Shown here: piece by piece, positions 40,536 to 50,015 of the stretch
Position numbering within the stretch: position 1 is the first letter of the stretch
How the letters are laid out: each line of letters starts with the position of its first letter
NCBI GenBank assembly: GCA_963668025.2
Contig: CAXXTH010000018.1
Location: forward strand, 96,001-160,000
Source of the DNA: Candidatus Hydrogenedentota bacterium
Lineage (GTDB): Bacteria > Hydrogenedentota > Hydrogenedentia > Hydrogenedentales > SLHB01
DNA: 64,000 nucleotides
Direction: 5' to 3'
Notes under the pieces: generated by a model
Seen by the model: the letters and a program-made list of their open reading frames with translations, nothing else
What the model was told of the DNA's origin: nothing
Databases searched by the model: none
Made by a program: the position numbers and the translations under genes

Positions 40536-41873
40536 ATGCTAGTTCGTTTGATATTCGATACCTGGAAAAGATCGGTTATTCATTATGTAATAGCCTTTTG
40601 TATTTATTCCGTCATCGGATACTTCATTTTCAAAGCTGCTACAGAATGGAATACAGACTATATAGACATGTTCTTTTTTTTCACCTTTATTTTCTTGCCA
40701 GAGTCAGTTATAGGAGATCTAAGAGCATTTAAAGTTTTGCGTTCTTTGCCCATTTCAGTTTCCATGCTTGCTGTTTATAGATTTGCTCATTGTTTGGTTG
40801 GACCATTGACTTGGCTGCTCTTTGGAATTGGCTATCATTGCATAGCGCCAGAAACGCTTTCATTATTCTTTGTTTTTATAAGTACTTGCTTATTATCTTG
40901 TATTGCTCCTATTATATATTCTATGTTTTCTTGTTACCGTGAAACTATAATATATGCAATGTCACAAAGCAGAGCAATGATAAAAATTGCCGTCTTTCTT
41001 GTTATGTTTTCCCTCCTAATGAGCATGGTTATGGTGTCCGCTGTTTATTTAAGAAATGTTTTCTTAAGCTCTCAAACAATTAGCAGCTTTGGATGGCTCA
41101 AATTCTCTTTATTGTGTATCGGTTCCTTGATCTGTTTGCCAGTAGCGTTCACATATTATAGAAAGAGCTTACAAACATATAGTCCTGTATCTACAAAATT
41201 GGCATCTTCTTGTGGAAATCCTAACGTAAATGAAGAGATGTCCAGTTGTAACACCTTAGAACGTGATGAGGGGGTTATATTAGGTGTTTTTGGCGGAATG
41301 CTTTTTATTATATTTGAAGAGATTTTGTTAGCTATTTCTGCATATTGCATTCATTTCCTATATTTGGCCTCGATTTACATGATATCTTTGAGCACATCAC
41401 TTCTTATTGGCTATCTAAATTCGTTACGTACATATAGAAGCTTGCCGATTACGATCCAGTATCCCATATACCGATCACTCAAATTGCCCTTGATCTTCAC
41501 AGGGATATTTATCGTGGGATGTATTCCGTGGCTATTCATTTCAACGGATATAGCCATTGATGCGATACTAATCGCTATCATCAGTTTCTGCATGATGCTT
41601 GCATCTGCCCCTTTTAATTTTTCCCACCGTCGCCTTTACTCAGTCTCTATCGTAACGGGGACAATTGCTATAACATATCTCATATCCAGATTTGAACCAC
41701 ACATAGCTTTTCTGCAGCTTTATGAAGAAAATGGCCTGGTAGCCGCCATTTTGCTTGTTCTAGTATCACTAGGATTTCTAGTCTCGATAGCCATTTGGGG
41801 AGTCTATTCGCTCAAGCAAACGTGTTTAAAAAGCAGCGCTCCCTATAAAAACCAATTACCTGATAATCTGTAG
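40536..41873 (+). CDS. Permease-like multi-TM membrane protein, paralog 1
   Basis: GGAG RBS; about 12 TM in two halves, each with an (L/Y)RSLP motif typical of ABC-2 permeases; markedly AT-rich. Confidence 0.8.
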   Translation: MLVRLIFDTWKRSVIHYVIAFCIYSVIGYFIFKAATEWNTDYIDMFFFFTFIFLPESVIGDLRAFKVLRSLPISVSMLAVYRFAHCLVGPLTWLLFGIGYHCIAPETLSLFFVFISTCLLSCIAPIIYSMFSCYRETIIYAMSQSRAMIKIAVFLVMFSLLMSMVMVSAVYLRNVFLSSQTISSFGWLKFSLLCIGSLICLPVAFTYYRKSLQTYSPVSTKLASSCGNPNVNEEMSSCNTLERDEGVILGVFGGMLFIIFEEILLAISAYCIHFLYLASIYMISLSTSLLIGYLNSLRTYRSLPITIQYPIYRSLKLPLIFTGIFIVGCIPWLFISTDIAIDAILIAIISFCMMLASAPFNFSHRRLYSVSIVTGTIAITYLISRFEPHIAFLQLYEENGLVAAILLVLVSLGFLVSIAIWGVYSLKQTCLKSSAPYKNQLPDNL

Positions 41874-41919
41874 GCGATGCAACTTATGCATGATTGAGAA
41901 TTTGACAATAATAGATTGG

Positions 41920-41993
41920 CCTCTGTGGCTCTCTGTGTCTCTGTGGTGAACATTCCGGATCATTCACCACAGAGACACAGAGAAGCACAGAGG
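41920..41993. repeat. Inverted triplet-repeat element, copy 2
   Basis: CCTCTGTGGCTCTCTGTGTCTCTGTGGTGAA-CATTCCGGATCA-TTCACCACAGAGACACAGAGAAGCACAGAGG. Confidence 0.92.
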
Positions 41994-42026
41994 AATTGCC
42001 GCTCAGCCTAGATAGGGAGATATTGC

Positions 42027-43538
42027 ATGATTAAGCACATCGTGATGGACTGCATACGCCGGTGGTGGTTTCTTCTTTTCATCACCTTATTTTGCGCGGT
42101 GCCGGATATGTTGTTTACACTTGATTCAATGAGCACCGTTGTCGACGATTACGAATTAGCCTATGGGCTCAAGACCTTTGCTGTGCATAGAGTAAACCAT
42201 AGTATCGGCGTTATACCCCTAGTTTTTGCTTACAATATTACAGCACTTGGCTATATGATTTTCTATTCGGATAGCTTTCGAGGCGTTTACCGCGTCCTTA
42301 CGACATTGCCTGTTACCTTTCGCCGCCGCCAAGTGTCCAAATTCATCGCATGCACCGTGATGTTTCCTTGTCTCTGGGGAATTCCATCTGTCGAAATAGA
42401 ACTACTAGCGTACCTGATCGGCCCATACTCGGTTGGCCGCAATTTCCTCGATACTGCGCTCATGATCTGGATTCTTATCGGCGCTTCCGCATATCTCGTT
42501 GCGCTCACGGATTGGGTAGGACCTCAAACGCTGAACCGGTTTACTCTACGCAATTTCGTTTTTCTGCCTGGCTATGTTGCGCCGATTATTGTTGCATTTC
42601 TGTTGGGCAAGGCGAGTGGATACCAGCCTGGTGATTTGCTTATTGACGCTCCACTGCCCTACGTGTTCATTTTCATGGCATTGCCGTTGGCGGCGATGGT
42701 TGTGTGCTTCCGAAGGTTCATGAAACAAGATAAGCGCCCAAAACAGGCCAAATCTGGTGCGGCATCGCATAACGCGGCAATAGAAAAAACCGATAAACCC
42801 GCACCAAGGGCATCCATATTATCCTCCCATTGGTTTTTCATCATGTTTTTTCCGCTCCTCATGACGGGCGTTTTGATTTGCTTCACTTTAACAGTAATCA
42901 CACTATGCCCTATTGCTGTTTTTACAGTTTTTGATCCGTCCATGGCGACTAGCCCAGCGTATTCGCTTTTCCTAGGCTATGCATATATTTTCTTACCATT
43001 CATATCAGTTACTTGCAACTATATGATTTATACCCCTTTTATGTTTAGCATGCGGTCTTTTCGCGCGCTGCCGTTCACAACGCATCACCTAGCCAGACTG
43101 TTTGCAGCACTTCCCGTCATCCTTCTTCTCATCAACTCACTCATGACGGTATTGGCCGTTAAACTCAGTGGATTGCCTTTGAACCTCGAGTTAATCCTGA
43201 CATCAACTCTTGTATTGTGGAGTTTGACGTATTTCTATTACTCCTTGGCCATGCGATATGGCTTGAAAGGACGTATAACGGCCGGCGTCCTTGTATTGCT
43301 ATGTCTCGGCATTTTTGGAGGACTCCAATACACGTATGAAGCCATTTTAAAACACGAACCTGCCTTTACCCAGTATTACTCGTTCAACTGCTTTTCGAGC
43401 CAATGGGCGCTCCTTGTGTCTATCGCCATTTCATTGTCATTCGCAAGCCTGGGCATCTGGATGATGCATCGGGTGTTGGCGAAGAGCAGCAGCGTTTACC
43501 AACATCGACAACCGCCACAATATGGCGGCTACCGTTGA
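42027..43538 (+). CDS. Permease-like multi-TM membrane protein, paralog 2
   Basis: GGGAG RBS; LTTLP and FRALP motifs; C-terminal KSSSVY like the other paralogs. Confidence 0.8.
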   Translation: MIKHIVMDCIRRWWFLLFITLFCAVPDMLFTLDSMSTVVDDYELAYGLKTFAVHRVNHSIGVIPLVFAYNITALGYMIFYSDSFRGVYRVLTTLPVTFRRRQVSKFIACTVMFPCLWGIPSVEIELLAYLIGPYSVGRNFLDTALMIWILIGASAYLVALTDWVGPQTLNRFTLRNFVFLPGYVAPIIVAFLLGKASGYQPGDLLIDAPLPYVFIFMALPLAAMVVCFRRFMKQDKRPKQAKSGAASHNAAIEKTDKPAPRASILSSHWFFIMFFPLLMTGVLICFTLTVITLCPIAVFTVFDPSMATSPAYSLFLGYAYIFLPFISVTCNYMIYTPFMFSMRSFRALPFTTHHLARLFAALPVILLLINSLMTVLAVKLSGLPLNLELILTSTLVLWSLTYFYYSLAMRYGLKGRITAGVLVLLCLGIFGGLQYTYEAILKHEPAFTQYYSFNCFSSQWALLVSIAISLSFASLGIWMMHRVLAKSSSVYQHRQPPQYGGYR

Positions 43539-43581
43539 AGAAAAGAGGCAACACTAATGACGTACATACATTGGTAAAACG

Positions 43582-43751
43582 CTCTCTGTGGCCCTCTGTG
43601 TCTCTGTGGTGAGCATTCCGGATCCTTCACCACAGAGACACAGAGAATCACAGAGAAATGAAATCGGGATCTTAGCATTGCAGGAGGAACGTGCATGGTT
43701 CGGAAATAGCTTCCGATTTTGAACCACGGGGAGCACGGGGCGGCACGGGGA
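43582..43751. repeat. Inverted triplet-repeat element copy 3 (43582-43656) plus CACGGGG-type triplet (43724-43751)
   Basis: Same palindrome as at 41920, then CCACGGGGAGCACGGGGCGGCACGGGGA. Confidence 0.9.
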
Positions 43752-43806
43752 CCGGGCAGTACAGTTTATGGTGTTCAATATGAATACTGGCTGGAAAGAA
43801 CAATAG

Positions 43807-45081
43807 GTGAATCGTATGGGAAAGAACGCTGGTAGCCAGACCGCTGAACGCTTCAAAACATGTGTGACGTTCGGGTGGGGCGTCATGCGGTGTAATCAGT
43901 GGCGATGGATTCTCATTACTTTGATGCTATTCATCCCGCTCAACGGCTTTTCGTTGGTGATGCCTGCTTTCGTTTCGGTACTCGTGACTAAGCGATTCAT
44001 GGAAATGCCTGGTGCGGGCAGTTCCATCCGCGCTCTCCCAATAAGCCGCAACGACGTAGCCCGCGTATTTTGGGTGCTGTCAGTGATTCTGGCACCCGTG
44101 GCATGGTTTCTCATACAAACCATCAAGCACGTTTTGCTTGATGGAGGGCGCACCTACCCCTTCCTCTTTTTGGCTAAATCGACACTGGCAACCATGGGTT
44201 TTACATCACTTTGCTATATATACTATGTCCTTCCTCTTTCCACGGGGATTAAGTCCCCCTACACCAAGACTCTAGGTGATAGTCCAATACTTGCTGTCAC
44301 GCTTCTTCTTGTTACCCAGTTCAAAAGAATAGAGGACTGGTTCGGGAGGCCCATCATATGGCTGGTGTTGGCAGTAGCAGCAGGACTCACCGTGGCTGCA
44401 TATGGGCTTCCGCTGTACATCATGCGCGGCGGGGAAAAGAGAAAGAGGGCCGCTCGACCCGAAACAGGGAAGATCGGTCCACTGGGCGGCTTGCCGTGGC
44501 GTTCAAAGCGCCTTGGCGCTTGGGGTGTTCCTGCCTCGGCTTGCTGCCTTACTCTGCTTTATTTCTCTTTTGGTTTTATGTATTTACTATACATATATAT
44601 TACTAATATTAAACAGGACGCCTTTCCTGGCTATATAGTCCTCTTTCTTTTAACCAGCGCCGCAGGTCTCCATTTTATGAATACGTGGAGAAAAGCGGTC
44701 ATGGCGTTGCGCGCCTTGCCTTTAGGCCCAAACAGGCTTGTTCGATTCTATCTCATGCTGATTGCGCCTGGGGCGGGTCTTCTACTTTGCGGCGCCCTCG
44801 CCGCCTACACATTTGGCACTAGACTGGCCTTGCCGTTTGCTCAATGTACAGCAGCCTATATGCTGTGGATTCCATTACTTTGCTCACTTTCTCTCCGATT
44901 TGGCAAAAACGGTGTATTCCTTGTCACTCTATCCGTTTCTGCATGCTTTTTCGCACCTAGATTTATGTTCGGTCCAGTCGAGATAACATCATGGGCGCTA
45001 ATCGGAATCGTCGGCTGGCTGTATCTGCGATATAGCCTCATCCACAATAGCGTCATCTACCGGTCGCCGGGCAACCTATAG
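43807..45081 (+). CDS. Permease-like multi-TM membrane protein, paralog 3
   Basis: IRALP and LRALP motifs; ends HNSVIYRSPGNL. Confidence 0.8.
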   Translation: MNRMGKNAGSQTAERFKTCVTFGWGVMRCNQWRWILITLMLFIPLNGFSLVMPAFVSVLVTKRFMEMPGAGSSIRALPISRNDVARVFWVLSVILAPVAWFLIQTIKHVLLDGGRTYPFLFLAKSTLATMGFTSLCYIYYVLPLSTGIKSPYTKTLGDSPILAVTLLLVTQFKRIEDWFGRPIIWLVLAVAAGLTVAAYGLPLYIMRGGEKRKRAARPETGKIGPLGGLPWRSKRLGAWGVPASACCLTLLYFSFGFMYLLYIYITNIKQDAFPGYIVLFLLTSAAGLHFMNTWRKAVMALRALPLGPNRLVRFYLMLIAPGAGLLLCGALAAYTFGTRLALPFAQCTAAYMLWIPLLCSLSLRFGKNGVFLVTLSVSACFFAPRFMFGPVEITSWALIGIVGWLYLRYSLIHNSVIYRSPGNL

Positions 45082-45301
45082 TGACGACATATCGGGTTTT
45101 CCACCGCAGAGGAGCACGGGGCAGCACAGGGAACGGGCAGTGCGGTTTATCGGACTGAAAAGTTTGGGAGGTGGACATGATGAGTGAGACTATGAAAGTC
45201 CGCCGTGTAGAACGGCTTCATACCTGCATGGCGTTTGGGTGGGGCGTCATGCGGTGCAATATAAAAACTTGGATACTCATAATTCTGCTAATGTTTATTC
45301 C
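44991..45301 (+). repeat. About 310-bp direct repeat spanning a gene junction (copy 1)
   Basis: Near-identical to 46373-46683; covers the 3' end of paralog 3, the spacer with a CACGGGG-type triplet, and the 5' end of paralog 4. Confidence 0.9.
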
Positions 45302-46463
45302 AGCGAGATTCTTTGGTTTTTCTTTAGTTTCTTCCGCTAGTCTTGCCGTAGCTTTGGTCAACAGACTCATGAGAACACCGGGCACGGGTAATTCGCTGCA
45401 TATTCTCCCCATGAGCTTCACGGAAAAAGCCCGCGTATTCTGGGTTGAATCGGTGTTTTTCGTTCCGATGACATGGTTTGTCGTACAAGTCATCGAGCGA
45501 ATTTGCATCGGAGGATACTATACATGCCCAATCCTGTTTCTGGCTCAATTGACACTGGCAACCATGGGTCTGGCGTCGCTTTGCCATCTACCCTTTATTT
45601 ACCCTTTTTTTATCGCAGTTAATTCCCCCTATACCAAAAATCTTAAAGAACTCAATCCCATATTTTGGGCTTGTTTTTACGGTCTCGTTTTGCATGATGA
45701 GTCTCGGCGAATAGAAATCTGGTTCCATAGCCCATCCATATGGCTTGTGTTGGCGCTGGCGGTAGGAGTGACTGTATTTGCATATGTATTGCCAAAACGA
45801 ATCATACGCAGTGGAAAGAGGGGCGTGCGAAGTCCCCGGCCCGAGATCAGCCAGGCCCGTTTGTCAGGCGGCTTGCCTTTGAGTGCCAGCTCTTTTGGTG
45901 CTTTGGGCGTTTCTGTCAGAGCTTGTTGTCTCATATCGAGTTTTTTCGCATTTGGCCTTGTTTTTCTGCTATATACGTATAATCCAGAAGTCAAACGGGA
46001 CATATTTTCTAGCTCTATCATTTCCTTTGTATTCCCCGGCGTTGCGGGTATCTATTTGATGAATACATGGGGGAAAACAATCCGGGCTTTACGCGCCCTG
46101 CCTTTTGATCCGAACAGGCTTGTTCGATTCTATATCATGCTGATTGCACCTGCGGCGTGCCTTCTATTGTTCTGTGCTCTCTCTGCGTATGCATTTGGAC
46201 TTACGATGGTGCTGCCTTTTATCAAATACATTGTCTCCTATATTCTGTGGATTCCATTGCTCTACTCCCTTTCTCTCCGATTTGTCAAAGCTGGTGCGCC
46301 TCTTGTCAGCATATCAGTGTTTGCATGCTTTTTTGTTCCCAGCTTTGTTTTTAGTCCTCTCAGCATTATGTTATGGGCGCTAATCGGAATCGTCGGCTGG
46401 CTGTATCTACGATATAGCCTTATTAACAATAGCGTCATCTACCGGTCGCCGGCTAACCTATAG
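45171..46463 (+). CDS. Permease-like multi-TM membrane protein, paralog 4
   Basis: GGGAGG RBS; clear paralog of 3 and 5 (FGWGVM.CN, LRALP, NSVIYR). Confidence 0.82.
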   Translation: MDMMSETMKVRRVERLHTCMAFGWGVMRCNIKTWILIILLMFIPARFFGFSLVSSASLAVALVNRLMRTPGTGNSLHILPMSFTEKARVFWVESVFFVPMTWFVVQVIERICIGGYYTCPILFLAQLTLATMGLASLCHLPFIYPFFIAVNSPYTKNLKELNPIFWACFYGLVLHDESRRIEIWFHSPSIWLVLALAVGVTVFAYVLPKRIIRSGKRGVRSPRPEISQARLSGGLPLSASSFGALGVSVRACCLISSFFAFGLVFLLYTYNPEVKRDIFSSSIISFVFPGVAGIYLMNTWGKTIRALRALPFDPNRLVRFYIMLIAPAACLLLFCALSAYAFGLTMVLPFIKYIVSYILWIPLLYSLSLRFVKAGAPLVSISVFACFFVPSFVFSPLSIMLWALIGIVGWLYLRYSLINNSVIYRSPANL

Positions 46464-46683
46464 TGACAGCATATCGGGTTTTCCACCGCAGAGGAGCACG
46501 GGGCGGCACGGGGAACGAGCAGTGCGGTTTATCGGACTGAAAAGTTTGGGAGGTGGACATGATGAGTGAGAACATGAAAAACCGCCGTGTAGAACGGCTT
46601 CATACCTGCATGGCGTTCGGCTGGGGCGTCATGCAGTGCAATATAAAAACTTGGATACTCATACTTCTGCTAATGTTCATTCC
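46373..46683 (+). repeat. About 310-bp direct repeat spanning a gene junction (copy 2)
   Basis: Near-identical to 44991-45301. Confidence 0.9.
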
Positions 46684-47836
46684 GGCGAAAGTACGGGGCT
46701 TTTCTATCATACAACCTGCCTTGTTTGCCGCCATTTTACCCACCATATTCATAGCAAAACCCGGAACAGGCCGTTCAGTGCGTACTTTACCAGTAAAATT
46801 TGATGAAATAAACCGCACATTTTGGACTATATCGGTACTTCTCGTACCCGTGGCATGGTTCATCATACAGGTTATCGAGCGTATCTGCATGGGCGAGCAG
46901 TATACCTACCCAATCCCTTTCCTGGCAGAATTAGCCCTGTCCGCCATAGGCCTCGCATCCCTTTTCTATATACTCATGGTTTTTCGACTGCTAATCTCGG
47001 TTCGGCCGTCCAAAGCAACAGAATCCTTTATAGCTTGCCAGATAGTCATGATTCTCTATTTTGGATCATCCGACTACTTATGGCGAATAGAAACTTGGTT
47101 TATTCCACCTATCACATGGCTAGTTCTGCCGGTATCATCAGTATTATGCGTGTATGCCTACGTATTTCCGAGGCGTCTCATGCGAGTAAGGAAGAATAGA
47201 GAAAAAGCTGCTCCACTTAAAATCAAACAAGCATGGGGTGCGGACGGCTTGCCTTGGAGAGCAAGGTGTTTGGGCGCTTGGAGCATTCCTCTCTGGACTT
47301 GCGGCTGCATACTAACCAATCTGACAGTTGGCTGCCTATGCTTCCTGTATATATGCAGTGCGCTAGTTCGTGAAAACGCGTTGCTTTGCTCCCTCGTTTT
47401 ATTCATGTCGTTTGGCGTGGCGGCTATGTTCATTATGCATACATGGGGGAAATCCGTGCGGGCGTTGCGAACTCTTCCTTATGGTCCAAACCGGCTTATC
47501 CAGTTCTACTCCATGCTCATTGCGCCTACGGCGTGTTTCCTAGTGGCGTGCGCCATCGCCGCCTACGCAGGTGGAATCCCCACGGTTCCTTTCATCAAAT
47601 CTGTTTTGGCCTTCATTGTTTGGATTCCGTTTCTGTATGCACTCTATTTCCGGCTGGGCAAAATCCGTACGCCTTTTGTCATGCTGGCCTTGATTGCATG
47701 TATTCTTGTTCCCTATTTCGCCTTCAATCTTTGGATCGCCACGTTATGGTTGTTGGCCGGAGTCGTCGGCTACCTGTATCTGCGGCATACGCTCATTCAC
47801 AATAGCGTCATTTATCGTTTGCCAGCCAATGAGTAA
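46553..47836 (+). CDS. Permease-like multi-TM membrane protein, paralog 5
   Basis: VRTLP and LRTLP motifs; ends HNSVIYRLPANE. Confidence 0.82.
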   Translation: MDMMSENMKNRRVERLHTCMAFGWGVMQCNIKTWILILLLMFIPAKVRGFSIIQPALFAAILPTIFIAKPGTGRSVRTLPVKFDEINRTFWTISVLLVPVAWFIIQVIERICMGEQYTYPIPFLAELALSAIGLASLFYILMVFRLLISVRPSKATESFIACQIVMILYFGSSDYLWRIETWFIPPITWLVLPVSSVLCVYAYVFPRRLMRVRKNREKAAPLKIKQAWGADGLPWRARCLGAWSIPLWTCGCILTNLTVGCLCFLYICSALVRENALLCSLVLFMSFGVAAMFIMHTWGKSVRALRTLPYGPNRLIQFYSMLIAPTACFLVACAIAAYAGGIPTVPFIKSVLAFIVWIPFLYALYFRLGKIRTPFVMLALIACILVPYFAFNLWIATLWLLAGVVGYLYLRHTLIHNSVIYRLPANE

Positions 47837-47857
47837 AATGGATTTCCGGATTTTGAA

Positions 47858-47885
47858 CCACGGGGAGCACGGGGCGGCACGGGGA
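47858..47885 (+). repeat. CACGGGG-type triplet repeat closing the array
   Basis: GATTTTGAACCACGGGGAGCACGGGGCGGCACGGGGACC, identical to the copy at about 43715-43753. Confidence 0.9.
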
Positions 47886-47941
47886 CCAGGAAAGATAGTT
47901 CACGATTCTTATCCGAAATAAGCGGCTTAAACGCTGGAAAT

Positions 47942-47970
47942 TTGATTTTTTGGAGGAATGCGAATAAAAT
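47942..47970 (+). promoter_or_regulatory. Sigma70 promoter of the tRNA gene
   Basis: TTGATT-17 bp-TAAAAT, 12 bp before the tRNA. Confidence 0.65.
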
Positions 47971-47982
47971 ATCTTTCGCTAA

Positions 47983-48058
47983 TGCCGGATGGCCAAATTG
48001 GTAAGGCTCCTGACTCTGGATCAGGTAACTCTAGGTTCGAATCCTAGTCCGGCAACCA
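47983..48058 (+). tRNA. tRNA-Gln (anticodon CTG)
   Basis: Acceptor stem TGCCGGA/TCCGGCA (U1-A72), anticodon arm CCTGA-CTCTGGA-TCAGG, T arm CTAGG-TTCGAAT-CCTAG, encoded CCA. Confidence 0.97.
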
Positions 48059-48068
48059 TGATCTGGAT

Positions 48069-48102
48069 ACGGCCTGCCGGAGTTTGGCGGGCCGTTTTTT
48101 TT
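48069..48102 (+). terminator. Intrinsic terminator after the tRNA
   Basis: ACGGCCTGCC-GGAGTTT-GGCGGGCCGT followed by a T-run. Confidence 0.85.
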
Positions 48103-48403
48103 GTTTTGATTTTTTCTGTAAAATGGGGTACAAATTGTATGAAGGCGCATGGCGACGAAGGGCCTTGGTCGGAAGCGTCCCGGGATGCGCTATGAAGTGC
48201 CGGAAAGGAGGTGGTCCGCCTATGGAGAGTCCGGATACGAGTCCTGACGCCATAGCTGGATCCTCAATTTATATGATACATACCATGAGGATGCGCTTGG
48301 GTTAGCCAGGATAGTCCGTTTATCTGGACAGATCGGGCGGCGGCCGCGATGGGCACGCCGCCCGGTTTTTTTTGGTGCGGGCGGCGTTTCCGCCGAAAAC
48401 GGA

Positions 48404-49825
48404 TTAGGAGCGCAACACGCGTTCCAATTGGCTGAGCACTTGGCGGGTCTCGGCGTTTTCCTTGGATTCCCGTTCGACTTTTTGGCAGGAATAGAGCACG
48501 GTGGTGTGGTCTTTTCCGCCAAAGGCCTCCCCCACTTCGTTGAGTGACAGGTTGGGGATGAGGGTCTTGCAGAGGTACATGGCGACTTGTCGGGGCAGGG
48601 CGACTTGGCGCTGGCGGCTGCGGCCGCGCAAGTCGGAGATGCGCACGTCGAAGTATTCCGCCACGGCGCGCTGGACGGCTTCGATAGTGACCGGGCGGAT
48701 CTGGTCGCGCCCGATGAGGTCGCGCAAGACTTCTTCCGCCAGCGCGACGTTGATTTTTTGTTCCGTCAATTTGCTGTACGCCAGCACCGTGATGAGCGCG
48801 CCTTCGAGTTCGCGGATATTGGTGGTGATGAAATTGGCGATGTATTTGAGCACTTCCTGCGGCACGGGTGTGTTTTCTTCGGCGGCGCGGCTTTGTAGAA
48901 TCGCGACGCGCGTCTCGATGTCTGGCGCTTGAATATCGGTGACCAGGCCCCACTCGAAGCGTGACACCAGGCGTTCCTCGAGCCCGCGAATTTCCTTGGG
49001 CTGGCGGTCGCTCGAAATCACGATTTGTTTGTGCTTATCGAACAGGTCGTTGAAGGTATGGAAAAACTCTTCCTGGGTGGCTTCCTTGCCTGCGATGAAT
49101 TGGATATCATCGATCAGCAGAATGTCCACTTTGCGGTATTTCGCGCGGAACCGGGCGGTGGATTTTTTGGCGATGCTTTCGATGAGTTCGTTCGTAAAAT
49201 ATTCCGAGGAGATAAATGCGACGTTGGCATCGGGGCGGCGTTCGAGCACCTCATGGCCGATGGCTTGCATGAGATGCGTTTTGCCGAGTCCGGTGCCGCC
49301 GTAGAGGAACAGGGGATTGTAGGCGCGCGAGGGATTTTCCGCCACGGCCTTGGAAGCGGCATGGGCGAAGCGGTTTCCCGCGCCCACTACAAATCTATCG
49401 AATACATATCGAGGATTAAAACCATCGAAGCGCCTGCCGTCGCCGTTGCCGCCTGCGCCGGGGTGCATATCCTTGCGCCGGGGCATTTGGGGGCGGTGTT
49501 TGGGGCTAAGCTCATCTTCTTCCGTATCGAGCGTCGGCAACGGCACTTCGGAAGATGGCACGAACCGCACTTCGCGCAGGCCTGGGATCAGCTCCTGTGC
49601 GCACGCATGTACGGTTTCCAAGTAATGGGTTTTCATCCATTCGGCGAAAAAGGGGCTGGGCACGCCGATGATGAGGCAGCCGTCTTCGCAGGCCTCGAAT
49701 TTTGTTTGGGAGAACCAGTTTTTATAGCTGTGTTCATCCAGAATTTGCCTGAGCCGGATCTGTGTTTGGTCCCAGGGATTGTTTTGCCCCTGGGCTGCAA
49801 GCATTTGACGTTCCGCTGTAGCCAA
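48404..49825 (-). CDS. dnaA: Chromosomal replication initiator DnaA
   Basis: YNPLFLYGGTGLGKTHL, LLIDDIQF, QEEFFHTFN, RLVSRFEWGL, NIRELEGAL, GGKDHTTV. Confidence 0.99.
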   Translation of the reverse strand: MATAERQMLAAQGQNNPWDQTQIRLRQILDEHSYKNWFSQTKFEACEDGCLIIGVPSPFFAEWMKTHYLETVHACAQELIPGLREVRFVPSSEVPLPTLDTEEDELSPKHRPQMPRRKDMHPGAGGNGDGRRFDGFNPRYVFDRFVVGAGNRFAHAASKAVAENPSRAYNPLFLYGGTGLGKTHLMQAIGHEVLERRPDANVAFISSEYFTNELIESIAKKSTARFRAKYRKVDILLIDDIQFIAGKEATQEEFFHTFNDLFDKHKQIVISSDRQPKEIRGLEERLVSRFEWGLVTDIQAPDIETRVAILQSRAAEENTPVPQEVLKYIANFITTNIRELEGALITVLAYSKLTEQKINVALAEEVLRDLIGRDQIRPVTIEAVQRAVAEYFDVRISDLRGRSRQRQVALPRQVAMYLCKTLIPNLSLNEVGEAFGGKDHTTVLYSCQKVERESKENAETRQVLSQLERVLRS

Positions 49826-49927
49826 ACCGTATACTCCCTTTCCGCATAAATAGAACGTGCATAAAGGCGGTAAAACCTGGCTTGCCGGTCCCGCAAGCCA
49901 GGCTTACAGATTGATCGTTAAAAGGCC

Positions 49928-49999
49928 TTTTGCACAGCGCCCTCTGGTTGCCCCCACGTTTTCCACAACACGAAACAAGTTATCCACAATTCATCAACA
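49928..49999. promoter_or_regulatory. DnaA-box cluster (oriC candidate or dnaA autoregulation)
   Basis: TTATCCACA (49980-49988, perfect), TTTTCCACA (49959-49967), TCATCAACA (49991-49999), TTTTGCACA (49928-49936). Confidence 0.75.
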
Positions 50000-50015
50000 C
50001 CCCTATAAATAGGGA

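Noticed and set aside
40428-47885. CRISPR array or classical integron
   Set aside because: The repeats are separated by whole genes, not 30-40-bp spacers. There is no cas or intI gene, and no attC RYYYAAC...GTTRRRY ends were recognised.
47983-48058. tRNA-anchored integrative element
   Set aside because: No integrase and no duplicated tRNA end (att site) were seen in the window.
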